This document shows, one piece after another, positions 21,478 to 32,120 of a DNA stretch of 64,000 bases; the stretch's first letter is position 1, and each line of letters opens with the position of its first letter. Position numbers and translations under genes: made by a program. The stretch covers positions 1,369,788 to 1,433,787 of the forward strand of contig NC_092676.1 in assembly GCF_964355755.1 (NCBI RefSeq), written 5' to 3'. This stretch comes from Antedon mediterranea (Eukaryota; Animalia; Echinodermata). The notes beneath the pieces were generated by a model. The model searched no databases and had not been told where the DNA came from. It saw nothing but the letters and a program-made list of their open reading frames with translations.

Positions 21478-22821
21478 CTATTCAAGTTCTAACACTTCAT
21501 AGTGAACATAAGCTGGAATTTTAGTTCCTTTTTTGTCCGATTCCTTCTGATCTAATTTAGCATTATTTATATTGATGTCATCAAGTGATTCATAGGCTTC
21601 TTTTTCATGGTATACAATGCCATCATTTGTTCCATCTTCATTGCTATTCTCTAATGCACTCTTCTTGAATGCCTCACTTTGTTCAAGAACTTGTTCTCCA
21701 GTTTTGTATATTCTCTTTGTATACTCTCCATCAACAATAACATTCTTAATTTCCTTTTTTTGCTTCTTTGCAACATTACCATCATCATTAATCTGTTTCC
21801 CATTCATGTCAGCTGATTCATAAATCCAGTTTTCCTCCATGACACTCTCTTTACTATTTTCCAGTATCTCTTGATTTTCACCGTTCTTTTGCTTATTTGC
21901 AACATTTTGTTTCCCATTCATGTCAGCTGATTGATAAATCTGATTTTCCTCCATGACACTCTCCTTACTATTTTCCAGCATCTCCTGATTTTCTCCTTTT
22001 GTTGTTGGATTTACTTTCAAGTCAACCTCAACATATTCATGATCATCTGGAGTTGCTGATTTGAATGATGGGTTTTGTTTATATTCAGAGCGTCTTCTTA
22101 CATAATAAATGATGAAAATAATCAGAAATAGAATTACGACACAAGATACTGACATAATGACTATTAGATGTATTGACTGATTAGAATTGGTTGGGTTGCT
22201 TACAGTTGAATGTATTTGTTTGTTTCTGTCCCTTGGTTCTGTGGTGCCTGTGCTTTTGGTACTTTCTAATGTTGTTTTTGTTGTATTTTTGTCTCTGTGT
22301 TCTGCAGTTTTTGTTTTAAATGAGACTGAGCCTGTTGTTTTTTCAATAAAAGATACACTAGTTGTGCTTCCTTGGGATGACAGGTCTGTCTCTGTTTCTG
22401 TGGATGTTGTAGAAGGCATATTATTTGTAGGTAATGACAGATAAATCTTCAAAATAAATTTGTTTAGTATATCATAATTGCCACTCCATGTTAACCTGCA
22501 TTCGTATGTTTCATTAAAATGTTTCCAGACATTAATATCATCTGGAATCTTGATTAAAAGACTATAATTATGACCAGTACCAGGGATTGCAAAATAACTT
22601 GTCTGTAACCCAAGTGTAGTATTAATAACTGTTCTTCCAGTAGTGATGTAAGCTTGACGGGTAAACCACCTAACAATTCCAACATTCACACAAGTAAGCA
22701 ATACATTCTGTCCAGGTGTGGCTGTAATAAAAGTCTCTGTTTCTCCAAATACAAATAAAGAATGTTTATGCCATAAATATACCAAGAGAATCATAAACCA
22801 CAACAAGATATGTTTGCCCAT
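21478..22821 (-). CDS. Ig-family receptor, class B, lacking the second domain; tail ends VHYEVL
   Basis: 447-aa ORF; signal peptide, V-like Ig, stalk, TM; duplicated ENQE..ESVMEEN.IY.SAD block. Confidence 0.9.
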   Translation of the reverse strand: MGKHILLWFMILLVYLWHKHSLFVFGETETFITATPGQNVLLTCVNVGIVRWFTRQAYITTGRTVINTTLGLQTSYFAIPGTGHNYSLLIKIPDDINVWKHFNETYECRLTWSGNYDILNKFILKIYLSLPTNNMPSTTSTETETDLSSQGSTTSVSFIEKTTGSVSFKTKTAEHRDKNTTKTTLESTKSTGTTEPRDRNKQIHSTVSNPTNSNQSIHLIVIMSVSCVVILFLIIFIIYYVRRRSEYKQNPSFKSATPDDHEYVEVDLKVNPTTKGENQEMLENSKESVMEENQIYQSADMNGKQNVANKQKNGENQEILENSKESVMEENWIYESADMNGKQINDDGNVAKKQKKEIKNVIVDGEYTKRIYKTGEQVLEQSEAFKKSALENSNEDGTNDGIVYHEKEAYESLDDININNAKLDQKESDKKGTKIPAYVHYEVLELE

Positions 22822-22937
22822 TTTAAAAAAAAAATTAACATGTGGGAATTTGAATAATTTTCTTTCCTTTCTGTCCTATTTTTTCTTCTAGATTTTTCTT
22901 GGTCCTTGCATTTGCCACTGTTCTTGCATTGTCATTC

Positions 22938-23175
22938 CTGTAGAATATATTTATAACGACTTGTTAGCATATTCTATTGTTTCGGTATTAAATAATTTAT
23001 AAAGCATCTCAAATATTTATTCCATAAAATACTTGTCCATACATGAATGGGCCTAATTTAATTCTTTTTGTAGCAATAAAATTTTAGAAAGGTAACTAGT
23101 GAAGTTTAAAATATCTAAACAATTACACAATTATGATTACAGTAAATATAGTAATTGACAGAAAGCATCACTTAC
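22938..23175 (-). other. Predicted 5'-UTR intron of the 21478-22821 gene (homologues 29516-30635 and 33859-35976)
   Basis: Conserved GAG|GTAAGT donor and TTCTACAG|G acceptor at homologous positions upstream of three class B genes. Confidence 0.55.
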
Positions 23176-23394
23176 CTCCATTAGGATAGCAACAAACTAC
23201 ATACTAAGTTCACTTCCTTATAGCCTGGTGTCACTGTCAATTTAGTTCACTGTTAATAAATAGTGTTACGTTGTATACCCCTGGACGTTCTTTGTACATA
23301 TTCAGACAATATACATTATTTGATTCTAATGTTCTATTTATGATCAATGATGCAAACAAATTATGACTGCTGCATAATAAGTTTTAAAAATTGG

Positions 23395-23635
23395 GGGTCA
23401 CCTTTGATCCTGAAGAGCTATAATAGATTCAAAATAGGCATGATTTTGACAATATTGTGTAACTTTTTCAACTAAAACGCGCACAATTTTGTAATTCGTA
23501 TGGCGTGATTTAAAGTAGAAATAGTTTTTAAAAATTTCAAATTACTAGGAAAAGCTGGAAAGTTATAATTCAAGAGAAAAAAACCTGTTTTTCATACACC
23601 GTACGCATAAAAAGTTTGCACGCGTGGGAATTTTC
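23395..23635 (-). mobile_element. Fragment related to the Helentron-like element at 47226-48830 (duplicated at ~30840-31093)
   Basis: Reverse complement aligns by eye with ~47686-47910 (aaaattcccacgcgtgc...ttccagc.tttt.ctagtaattt). Confidence 0.6.
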
Positions 23636-23990
23636 CTAATATCCATCCTCATCCAGTTTAAATTCATTGCTATCATCGTGTGTAGATGTCATGTTGGACA
23701 TTCCATAGCGGTCAGTGTTTGTTGACGCACAGTGTTCATGTTGTGTAGATTCTGTTTACATCAAGGGCTTTTTCATACATTATAAATGATGAAAATAACC
23801 AGAAATAGAATTATGACAGATGAAAAGATACCAAGACAATAGCTATTAGATATATTACAATACATACTGTTTATTGACTGGTTAGAGTTAGTTTTTTTGC
23901 ATTTTCAGTTGTAATTTATTTTTTGCTGCCTTTTGTTCTATCATCGTATTCTGTTGGAGTGGTCATGTACTTTGTAATGTTGATATTAAT
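23636..23990 (-). pseudogene. Ig-less receptor remnant: class B-like stalk/TM fused to a class A tail (YGMSNMTSTHDDSNEFKLDEDGY)
   Basis: Nucleotide similarity to class A tails (atatccatcctcatccagtttaaattca) and class B TM (aaatgatgaaaataa.cagaaatagaat); stops and indels. Confidence 0.75.
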
Positions 23991-24151
23991 AATGTTTTTA
24001 TACTTTGCCTGCATATTCTGCAATCCTTTTAATTGAAATTAATTATTTAGTTCATTTGAATAGAAGAATGTACTTTACTTTGCAGATTTTTTGTTGAAGC
24101 ACAAAAGTTTCCAATCAAAAATGGTAAAAGAATTATGAAAGTTTAGAACAC

Positions 24152-24201
24152 AGTTTCACTTTCCAACTCGCTCAATGAGGAAGTAAACATCATTGTGCAA
24201 T
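24152..24201. promoter_or_regulatory. Clustered ISRE-like (AGTTTCACTTTCC), ETS (GAGGAAGT) and C/EBP-like (ATTGTGCAAT) sites
   Basis: Three consensus matches within 50 bp; homologous, partly degenerate modules at ~21045-21087, 27385-27428 and 31622-31668. Confidence 0.5.
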
Positions 24202-24576
24202 ACAGATTTTTATTTTCAAATCTCAGACAAATTCACATCAAGTTTCACTAATTTAAATTTTAAAGTTCTATTGTAAGTCCATTAAATCATTTAAAGATGG
24301 GCCCAATAGTGGGTTCCTTCCTATAACGTTGGTTATAATGTCAGATTTTAATGAGTGACTTATAATTTCACTGCGTTTAAAACAAATCTCCTTGTCTTAG
24401 GATAATTAAAAAAAGGTTATTTAACTTTTGCAAAAGTATTTTTGATTAATTAAGCTCCATCTGGTCTAAAATATATTTGTAATAGTTTAGTAAAGTTTTG
24501 TTTTTCTAGTTCTGTTAACATTTGAAAAGTTCTTTTATTCTCATTCTAACAATTCAAGTAAAAGTTGAAAGTTTTG

Positions 24577-26034
24577 CTATTCACGTTCTAACACTTCATA
24601 GTGATAATAAGTTGGATTTTTAGTTCCTTTTTTGTCTGATTCCTTCAGATCTAACTTATCATTATTTACATTGATGTCTTCAAGAGATTCATAGGCTTCA
24701 TTTTCATGGTACACAATGCCATCATTTGTTCCACCTTCATTTCTGTTCTCTGATGCACTCTTCTTCAATGCCTCACTTTGTTCAAGAACTTGTTCTCCTG
24801 TTTTATCTGCTCTATTTGTATAATCTCCATCAACAATAACATTCTTAATTTCCTTCTTTTGCTCAGTAATCTGTTTCCCATTTATGTCAGCTGATTCATA
24901 AATCCAGTTTTCCTCCATGACACTCTCCACATTATTTTTCATCATCTCCTGATTTTCTCCTTTTGTTGTTGGATTTACTTTCAAGTCAACTTCAACATAT
25001 TCATGATCATCTGGTGGTGCTGATTTGAATGATGGGTTTTGTTTATTTTGAGACTGAGAGTGTCTTCGTACATAATAAATGATGAAAATAATCAGAAGTA
25101 GAATGATGACAAAAGCTACTGCTGACATGATGGCTATTAGATATATTGGGACACTGTCATTAGGTTCTTCTGGTTTATGTACAGTTAACATTTGTTTGTT
25201 TCTTGTTGTACTATCATTAGATTCTGTGGAAGTGGTTGTGATAGTACTTTCTAATGTTGAGAAGTATTTTGTCAAAGTTGTTTTTTCAATAAAAGGTTCA
25301 ACAGATGCGCTTCCTTCAAAAGGCGAGTCTGTGTCTGTTCCTTCTGTTGATCCAGGGATCTCATTTATAGAACATGATTTTGTTGTGCTTATCGTTCCAG
25401 ATTCACTAACATTACAAGTGAGACCATGTGGTACAATGTCAGCTGGGTTGTATGTGTAATTTAATGTACATACATTAGATGATGAACAACTTTCTGTGGT
25501 TAGAGTCCTTCCATTGCTTCTCCATATCAATGATTCCATATCTGAAGTGTTGTTGTAGGAACAGGATGCGATAGAACTAGTATCATTAATTTGTAAACTT
25601 GTGCATTTAGGTAATGACTTATAAATATGTAAAGTAACTGTATTTAATTTGCTATAACTACCTGTAATAGATGTTAATCCGCATTCATATGTTTCATTAA
25701 AATATTTCCAGATATTAATATCATCAGGAATCGTGATAAAAAGACTATAGTCTGCACCTTCACCAGGGATTGCATAATAACTTGTCTGGAAACCAAGCAT
25801 AGTACTATCTAGTATTCTTTCACTACTGATGTAATCACCATGGGCATGCCACCTAACACTTCCATCCATCAGTTGATCATTAGTAGTACAAGGAAGAGAT
25901 ACATTCTGTCCAGGTGTGGCTGTAATAACTTCTCCAAATAAAAATAATGATTGTTTATCCATCAAGCACACCAATAGAATAATCCGCAACAAGATGGTAT
26001 ATCTTGCCATTTCCAACTTCTTTAATGTCGACAT
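24577..26034 (-). CDS. Ig-family receptor, class B, two extracellular domains; tail ends TYYHYEVL
   Basis: 485-aa ORF; near-duplicate of 19115-20449 with an intact C-terminus. Confidence 0.9.
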   Translation of the reverse strand: MSTLKKLEMARYTILLRIILLVCLMDKQSLFLFGEVITATPGQNVSLPCTTNDQLMDGSVRWHAHGDYISSERILDSTMLGFQTSYYAIPGEGADYSLFITIPDDINIWKYFNETYECGLTSITGSYSKLNTVTLHIYKSLPKCTSLQINDTSSIASCSYNNTSDMESLIWRSNGRTLTTESCSSSNVCTLNYTYNPADIVPHGLTCNVSESGTISTTKSCSINEIPGSTEGTDTDSPFEGSASVEPFIEKTTLTKYFSTLESTITTTSTESNDSTTRNKQMLTVHKPEEPNDSVPIYLIAIMSAVAFVIILLLIIFIIYYVRRHSQSQNKQNPSFKSAPPDDHEYVEVDLKVNPTTKGENQEMMKNNVESVMEENWIYESADINGKQITEQKKEIKNVIVDGDYTNRADKTGEQVLEQSEALKKSASENRNEGGTNDGIVYHENEAYESLEDINVNNDKLDLKESDKKGTKNPTYYHYEVLERE

Positions 26035-26308
26035 GAATATTCATGAATTTATAATGGCTGTTCTTTCTGTCTGTGATATTCCTGCTTGTAATTAGATTTT
26101 ATAATAAAAGTAGTGCCTTATTGATCCCAAAGTATAAATATGTTGTACCATCCCCTAAACCCATCCACACACATCATAATCCTAGTCAGAAATAAAAATA
26201 ACCTAGTTGTTTCCTGCAGCTTTTGTAACGTAATACAATGTATAATAACAAGTAATTAGTAAAGTCTTTGAGTTTTTATTTATCAGTTTCACTTCACAGA
26301 TCAGGGGG

Positions 26309-27028
26309 TGTTACAACCGCTAATGTAGAAAACGCCAGCTAATGTCGAAACAACCATTAATGTAGAACAATCCACCGCTTATGTAGAAGGTGAGAAGCGG
26401 TCCTTAAATAGAGGTAGTGGTCCTTTAAGAGGTCGTCACTGACAAGTGGTGTGGTCGTTAAGGTGGTTGCTTTCGAGGTGGTCAATGATGAGAAGCGGTC
26501 CCCTAACAGAGACAGTGGTTGTTCAATAGAGGTGATCACTTTCGAGATGTGGTCAATGATGAGCGATGGTCGATTATGAGAAACAGTCCCTTAATAGAGG
26601 TGGTGGTCCTTTAAAAGAGGTTGTCACTTACGAGAGGTGGGGTCGTAAAAGAAGTGGTCCCTTAACAGAGATGGTAGATTACGATTTGTGGTCGTTTTAG
26701 AATGTTGGTTGCTTACGAGAGGTGGAAAGACTGATAGCTAAGTAAAGATTGATGCATTTGCACATGATTTAGACATTTTTGTAAAATAAATAACATTTTC
26801 TACATTAGCTGGCAATAGTAACTACATAAGCTGGGGGGAAATTTTCGTTACTACATAAGCTGGTGTTGATTTTTATTTACTACATAAGCTGGTGTTGATT
26901 TTTATTTACTACATAAGCTGTTGGTGTTTCTACATAAGCGGGAGGTTTTACTACATAAGCGGTGGATTGTTCTACATTAACGGTTGTTTCGACATTAGCT
27001 GGCGTTTTCTACATTAGCGGTTGTAACA
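26309..27028. mobile_element. Non-autonomous TIR element with TGT...ACA termini and subterminal repeats
   Basis: ~78-bp TIRs TGTTACAACCGCTAATGTAGAAAACGCC...; repeated ctacataagc units; splits the conserved gatcaggg-caatgaggaag upstream motif; TSD unclear. Confidence 0.85.
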
Positions 27029-28069
27029 GCAGGCAATGAGGAAGTAAATATCACACAGTGTAAAACATTGGGAAATTTATAAGTATACAAAGGCACAAAA
27101 GTCTCTCTAGGTTGCAAGTACCGTAATTTATTTGAAAAATTAAGTTTTATCTAAATTATTATGTTCTAAATTGTCAAACTGTCTATATACATTTTTGTGT
27201 TTATCCATCTGAGCTGTAGGTAAAGTTGTAAATATGTTGATTTTAATTTGTTCTTGTTTTAATTGAAGTTGAAAGTTAATTATTTAGTTCATTTGAATAG
27301 AAGAATGTACTAGTAACAGATTTTCTGTTGAGCACAAACGTTTCCAATCAAAACTGGTAAATAAATGAAAGGGTAGAACACTGTTACAGTTCAGAGTTCA
27401 ATGAGGAAATAAACACCATTGTGCAATACAGATTTTTATTTTCAAATCTCAGACACAGACTATACTATATTATTCACGTTTCACTAATTTAAATTTTGAA
27501 GTTTTATTGTAATTCCATTAAATTATTTAAAGTTGGTTCTTTTTTAACTTTGGTTATATATGTCATAGTTTGATAAGTGATTTATAATTTCACTACGTTT
27601 AAATCTAATTTTTGATGCAATATCTTCAATTAAGGTCTACAAATCTCCTTGTTTTATGCTAATTTTAAAAAGGGTTTATGTAACTTTTGCAAAAGCATTT
27701 CTGATTAATTCAAGCTCTATCTTGTCTAAAATATATTTTTAATAGTTTAGTAAATTTTTTTTTTTCTAGTTCTATTAACACTTGCAAATTATTTTATTCT
27801 CATTCAACCAATTTAAGTAAAAGTTTCAAGTTTTGTTTTTCTATTTCTCTTAACACATTTGCAAAGTTATTTTATTCTCATTCTAAGAATTAAAGTAAAA
27901 GTTTTGTTTTTCTAGTTCTGTTAACACTTGCAAATTATTTTATTCTCATTCTAACAATTCAAGTAAAAGTTTAAAGTTTTGTTTTTCTAGTTCTATTAAC
28001 ACTTCAAGTAAAAGTTGCAAAGTTATTTCATTTTTATTCTAACAATTCAAGTACAATTTTCAAGTTTTG

Positions 28070-29413
28070 TTATTCTCGTTCTAAAACTTCATAGTGAACA
28101 TAAGCTGGGATTTTAGTTCCTTTTTCGTCAGATTTCTTCTGATCTAATTTAGCATTATTTATATTGATGTCATCAAGTGATTCATAGGCTTCATTTTCAT
28201 GGTACACAATGCCATCATTTGTTCCATCTTCATTGCTCTTCTCTGATGCACCCTTCTTCAATGCACTTTGTTCAAGAACTTGTTCTCTTGTTTTATCTGC
28301 TCTCTTTGTGAAGTCTCCATCACCAATAACACACCTAATTTCTTTCTTTTGCTTATTTGCAACATTTTGTTTCCCATTCATGTCAGCTGATTGATAAATC
28401 TGATTTTCCTCTATGACACTCTCCTTACTATTTTTCATCATCTCATTATTTTCTCCTTTTGTTGTAGGATTTACTTTCAAGTCAACCTCAACGTATTCAT
28501 GATCATCTGGTGGTGCTGATTTGAATGATGGGTTTTGTTTATATTGAGGGCGTCTTCGTGCGTAATAAATTATGAAAATAATCAGAAATAGAATGATGAT
28601 GAAAGCTATCGACATAATGACTATTATATGTATAGAAATATTGTCACCTGATTGATTAGAGTCTTCGGTTGATTTTATTTGTTTGATGTTTGTGAATTCT
28701 GTGCTTAGAGAAGATGTTTCAATGTTTGATGTGGCTGCTGGCAAGTAAGTCTCTAGTCCTTCTGGTGATGTTGTAAAAGACATCTCATTTATAGAACATG
28801 ATTTTGTTGTACTTATCATTCCAGACTTACTAACAGCACATGTGAGACCATGTGGCACAATGTCAGTTTGGTTGTATGTGTAGTTTAATGTACATACATT
28901 AGATTTTAAGCAGTCTATTGTGATTAGAGTGTTTCCATTACTTCGCCATATCAATGATTCCATATTTGAAGTGGTGTTGTAGGAACATGATGCGATAGAA
29001 GTTGTAGCATTAATGTGTACACTTGTGCATACAGGTAATGGCTGATAAATGTGTAAAGTAACTGTATTTAATATGCTATAATCATCACTGCATTCATAGT
29101 CTCCATCAATGTATGACCAGATATTGATATCATCAGGAATCTTGATAAAAAGACTATAGTTGGAACCTTTACCAGGGATTGTGTAATAAGGTGACAGTAA
29201 GCCAAGTGTGCTTTCATTTATCATCCTTTCAGCACTTAGGTAACCTGAATGGCTAAACCACCTTACAACATTTCCATCATTCATGTTATCCTTATTACAA
29301 GGAAGAGATACATTCTGTCCAGGTGTTACTGTAATGGTTGTACTTATTTCTCCAAATACAAATAAAGAATGTTTATCCATCAAGTACACTAAGAGAACCA
29401 TACACCAAAACAT
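28070..29413 (-). CDS. Ig-family receptor, class B, two extracellular domains; tail ends VHYEVL
   Basis: ORF track starts at GTG 29434; first ATG is 29413 (MFWCMVLLVYL); shortened FG loop (YECSDDYSIL). Confidence 0.9.
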   Translation of the reverse strand: MFWCMVLLVYLMDKHSLFVFGEISTTITVTPGQNVSLPCNKDNMNDGNVVRWFSHSGYLSAERMINESTLGLLSPYYTIPGKGSNYSLFIKIPDDINIWSYIDGDYECSDDYSILNTVTLHIYQPLPVCTSVHINATTSIASCSYNTTSNMESLIWRSNGNTLITIDCLKSNVCTLNYTYNQTDIVPHGLTCAVSKSGMISTTKSCSINEMSFTTSPEGLETYLPAATSNIETSSLSTEFTNIKQIKSTEDSNQSGDNISIHIIVIMSIAFIIILFLIIFIIYYARRRPQYKQNPSFKSAPPDDHEYVEVDLKVNPTTKGENNEMMKNSKESVIEENQIYQSADMNGKQNVANKQKKEIRCVIGDGDFTKRADKTREQVLEQSALKKGASEKSNEDGTNDGIVYHENEAYESLDDININNAKLDQKKSDEKGTKIPAYVHYEVLERE

Positions 29414-30629
29414 TTTCAAAGATTGCCAGCTCACAAAATCTTCTCTTTCTTGTTGTCCTAGACTTTGTAGATTATTCTTGGTCTTTACATAGCCACTGTC
29501 CCTGCTTAGTCAATCCTGTAGAAGAAATGGTTAAGATTTGTGTTAGCATTCTTCAGCAAATTTGACTCCTACTTCACTGAACCCACAAAATATTTGTGAC
29601 TTGTGCATACACAGCATCTTTCTCACACATGAATTGTTCTATTATATCATATTTATGCCTGTCAATTTAACCTTTTAAAAAACAATCATTGATCATTTTA
29701 AAGGCTGTATAAAATCAAATTTCATATGATGTACTTAAGTAATAGTATTAGTAGACACTTTAACTTATTTTCCTCAAGAGAAATTTTAGCATGGCAATTA
29801 ATGTTTGAGGTGACTTTCTTTCTGTTTAATCTATTCAACAGGCAGCCAAGTTACTGTCTGTATGCTTACTAGTAAAATAAATGATATGATTATGTAATGT
29901 CAGCAAAACTTAAAATGTAAGAATAAAAAGATATGATCACAGTGAATGGCACATAAAGTCATAATAACATTGTAATAGTTTATGAACAGGAAACTATTAC
30001 ATTTACTAACTAGAAAATATTTAGTTATTCATTGTAAGTTTATTCACATTGAAATATTCAAATTTACTTCCTTGTAATATTACCTTAGATTTGAAGGTGT
30101 ATAAAATGAACACCATAATTTTAATACATCCAAATCATTGTTGAATATGATTTAAACTTAGAAAACAAATTAATATTTGAAAAAGGTATGTGGTCTTTGT
30201 TTTATAATTTTACAATTATTAATAATATAGCAAACTAGAAAGCAGTGACATAAAAATACTTTTTTTGGCAGAATTCTAATGTCCCCAAATCATCATGAGT
30301 ACAATTTAAAACCTTATTGAATTTAAAAAAAAAATTAAAGAAATAGATAATTTTCATTTTCTAAACTAAATTGATGTCGGTTTTCCCTGACGCCATGTAT
30401 CATTCCAGTTAGTAATTTTTTGATTTAATTGGACACATTGGTGTCTCAGCAATAGAGAGTGCAGGAAAAGTTTAGGTGAAGAAAAAAAAGTAAAACATAA
30501 ATAAACACAGTACATTAATTATGAGTCCAACAAATATCTTAGAAAGGTGAAGTAGTCAAGATTCATATACCTATAAAAAAAACTTATCTGTTTTAATATA
30601 AAATTGACAAAAAGTTTATGTATGATATT

Positions 30630-32120
30630 ACTTACCTCCATTAGAGAATACAACAAACTACATACTAAGTTCACTTCCTTATTGCCTGGTGTCACTGTCA
30701 CTTTAGTGTTTTGTTATGTTGTATACCCCTGGGTGTTCTTTGTACATATTCAGACAATATACACTATTTGATTCTAATGTTCTATTTATGATCAATGATG
30801 CAAACAAATTATGACTGCTTGCATAATAAGTTTTAAAAATTGGGGGTCACCTTTGATCCTGAAGAGCTATAATAGATTCAAAATAGGCATGATTTTGACA
30901 ATATTGTGTAACTTTTTCAACTAAAACGTGCACAATTTTCTAATTCAACATGTTCGTATGACGTGATTTAAAGTACAAATAGTTTTTAAAAATTTCAAAT
31001 TACTAGGAAAAGCTGGAAAGATATAATTCAAAAGAAAAAAACATGTCTTTCATACACCGTACGCATAAAAAGTTTGCACGCGTGGGAATTTTCCTAATAT
31101 CCATCCTCATCCAGTTTAAATTCATTGCTATCATCGTGTGTAGATGTCATGTTGGACATTCCATAGCGGTCAGTGTTGTTGTTGTTGTCTTCTGTTTGTT
31201 GACGCACAGTGTTCATGTTGTGTAGATTCTGTTTACATCAAGGGCTTTTTTATACATGATAAATGATGAAAATAACCAGAAATAGAATTATGACAGAAAT
31301 GAGAAAATATCAAGACAATAGCTATACAATTCTGTTTATTGACTGGTTTAGAGAATAGGTTTTTTGCATTTTCAGTTGTAATTTATTTGTTGCTGCCTTT
31401 TGTTCTATCATCGTATTCTGTTGGAGTGGTCATGATACTTTGTAATGTTGATATTAATAATGTTGTTATACTTTTGCCTGCATATTATGCAGTTCTTTTA
31501 ATTGAAGTTAATTATTTAGTTCATTTGAATAGAAGAATGTACTTTACTTTGCAGATTTTCTGTTGAGCACAAAATTAGTTTCCAATCAAAAATGGTAAAA
31601 GAATTATGAAAGTTTAGAACACAGTTTCACGTTACAGCTCAATGAGGAAGTAAACATCATTGTGCAATACAGATTTTTATTTTCAAATTCAAGTAAAGTT
31701 TCACTAATTTAAATTTTGTTTCTATTGTAAGACCATTAAAGCAGTAAAGATGGGCCCAAAAGTGGTTTCCTTCCTATAACGTTGGTTATATGTCAGATTT
31801 TAATGAGTGACTTATAATTTCTCCTTGTCTTAGGATAATTAAAAAAAGGTTATTTAATTTCTGCAAAAGCATTTTTGATTAATTTAAGCTCCGTCTGGTC
31901 TAAAATTGTTAATAGTTCAGTAAAGTTTTATTATTCTAGTTCTATTAGCACTTAAAAAGTTATTTTATTCTCCGATTCTAACAAGTAAAAGTTTAAAGTT
32001 TTGTTATTCTCATTTCATTTCATAAACATTTATTTATATTAATTAATTCTGGTTCTGTTAACACTTGCAAAGTTATTTTATTCTCATTCTAACAATTCAA
32101 GTAAAAGTTTCAAGTTTTGC
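30630..32120. repeat. Segmental duplicate of ~23170-24577
   Basis: Long colinear near-identity including the donor site, Helentron fragment, receptor remnant and ETS/C-EBP module. Confidence 0.85.
31094..31460 (-). pseudogene. Second copy of the Ig-less chimeric receptor remnant
   Basis: LISTLQSIMTTPTEYDDRTKGSNK* resembles the class B stalk FSTLESTITTTSTESNDSTTRNKQ; followed by a decayed TM and a class A tail ending LDEDGY*. Confidence 0.75.

Noticed and set aside
21478-21610. Possible canonical ITAM from YESL...YEVL in class B tails
   Set aside because: Spacing of more than 20 residues far exceeds the ITAM range
23626-23636. NF-kB-like GGGAATTTTCC (also ~31084)
   Set aside because: Lies at the edge of a Helentron-derived fragment with the same sequence at ~47686, so it is not evidence of a selected site
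30631-30642. ATG GAG before the conserved donor as a coding first exon
   Set aside because: Splicing to the acceptor at 29515 gives GAT TGA, an immediate stop, so the exon is treated as non-coding
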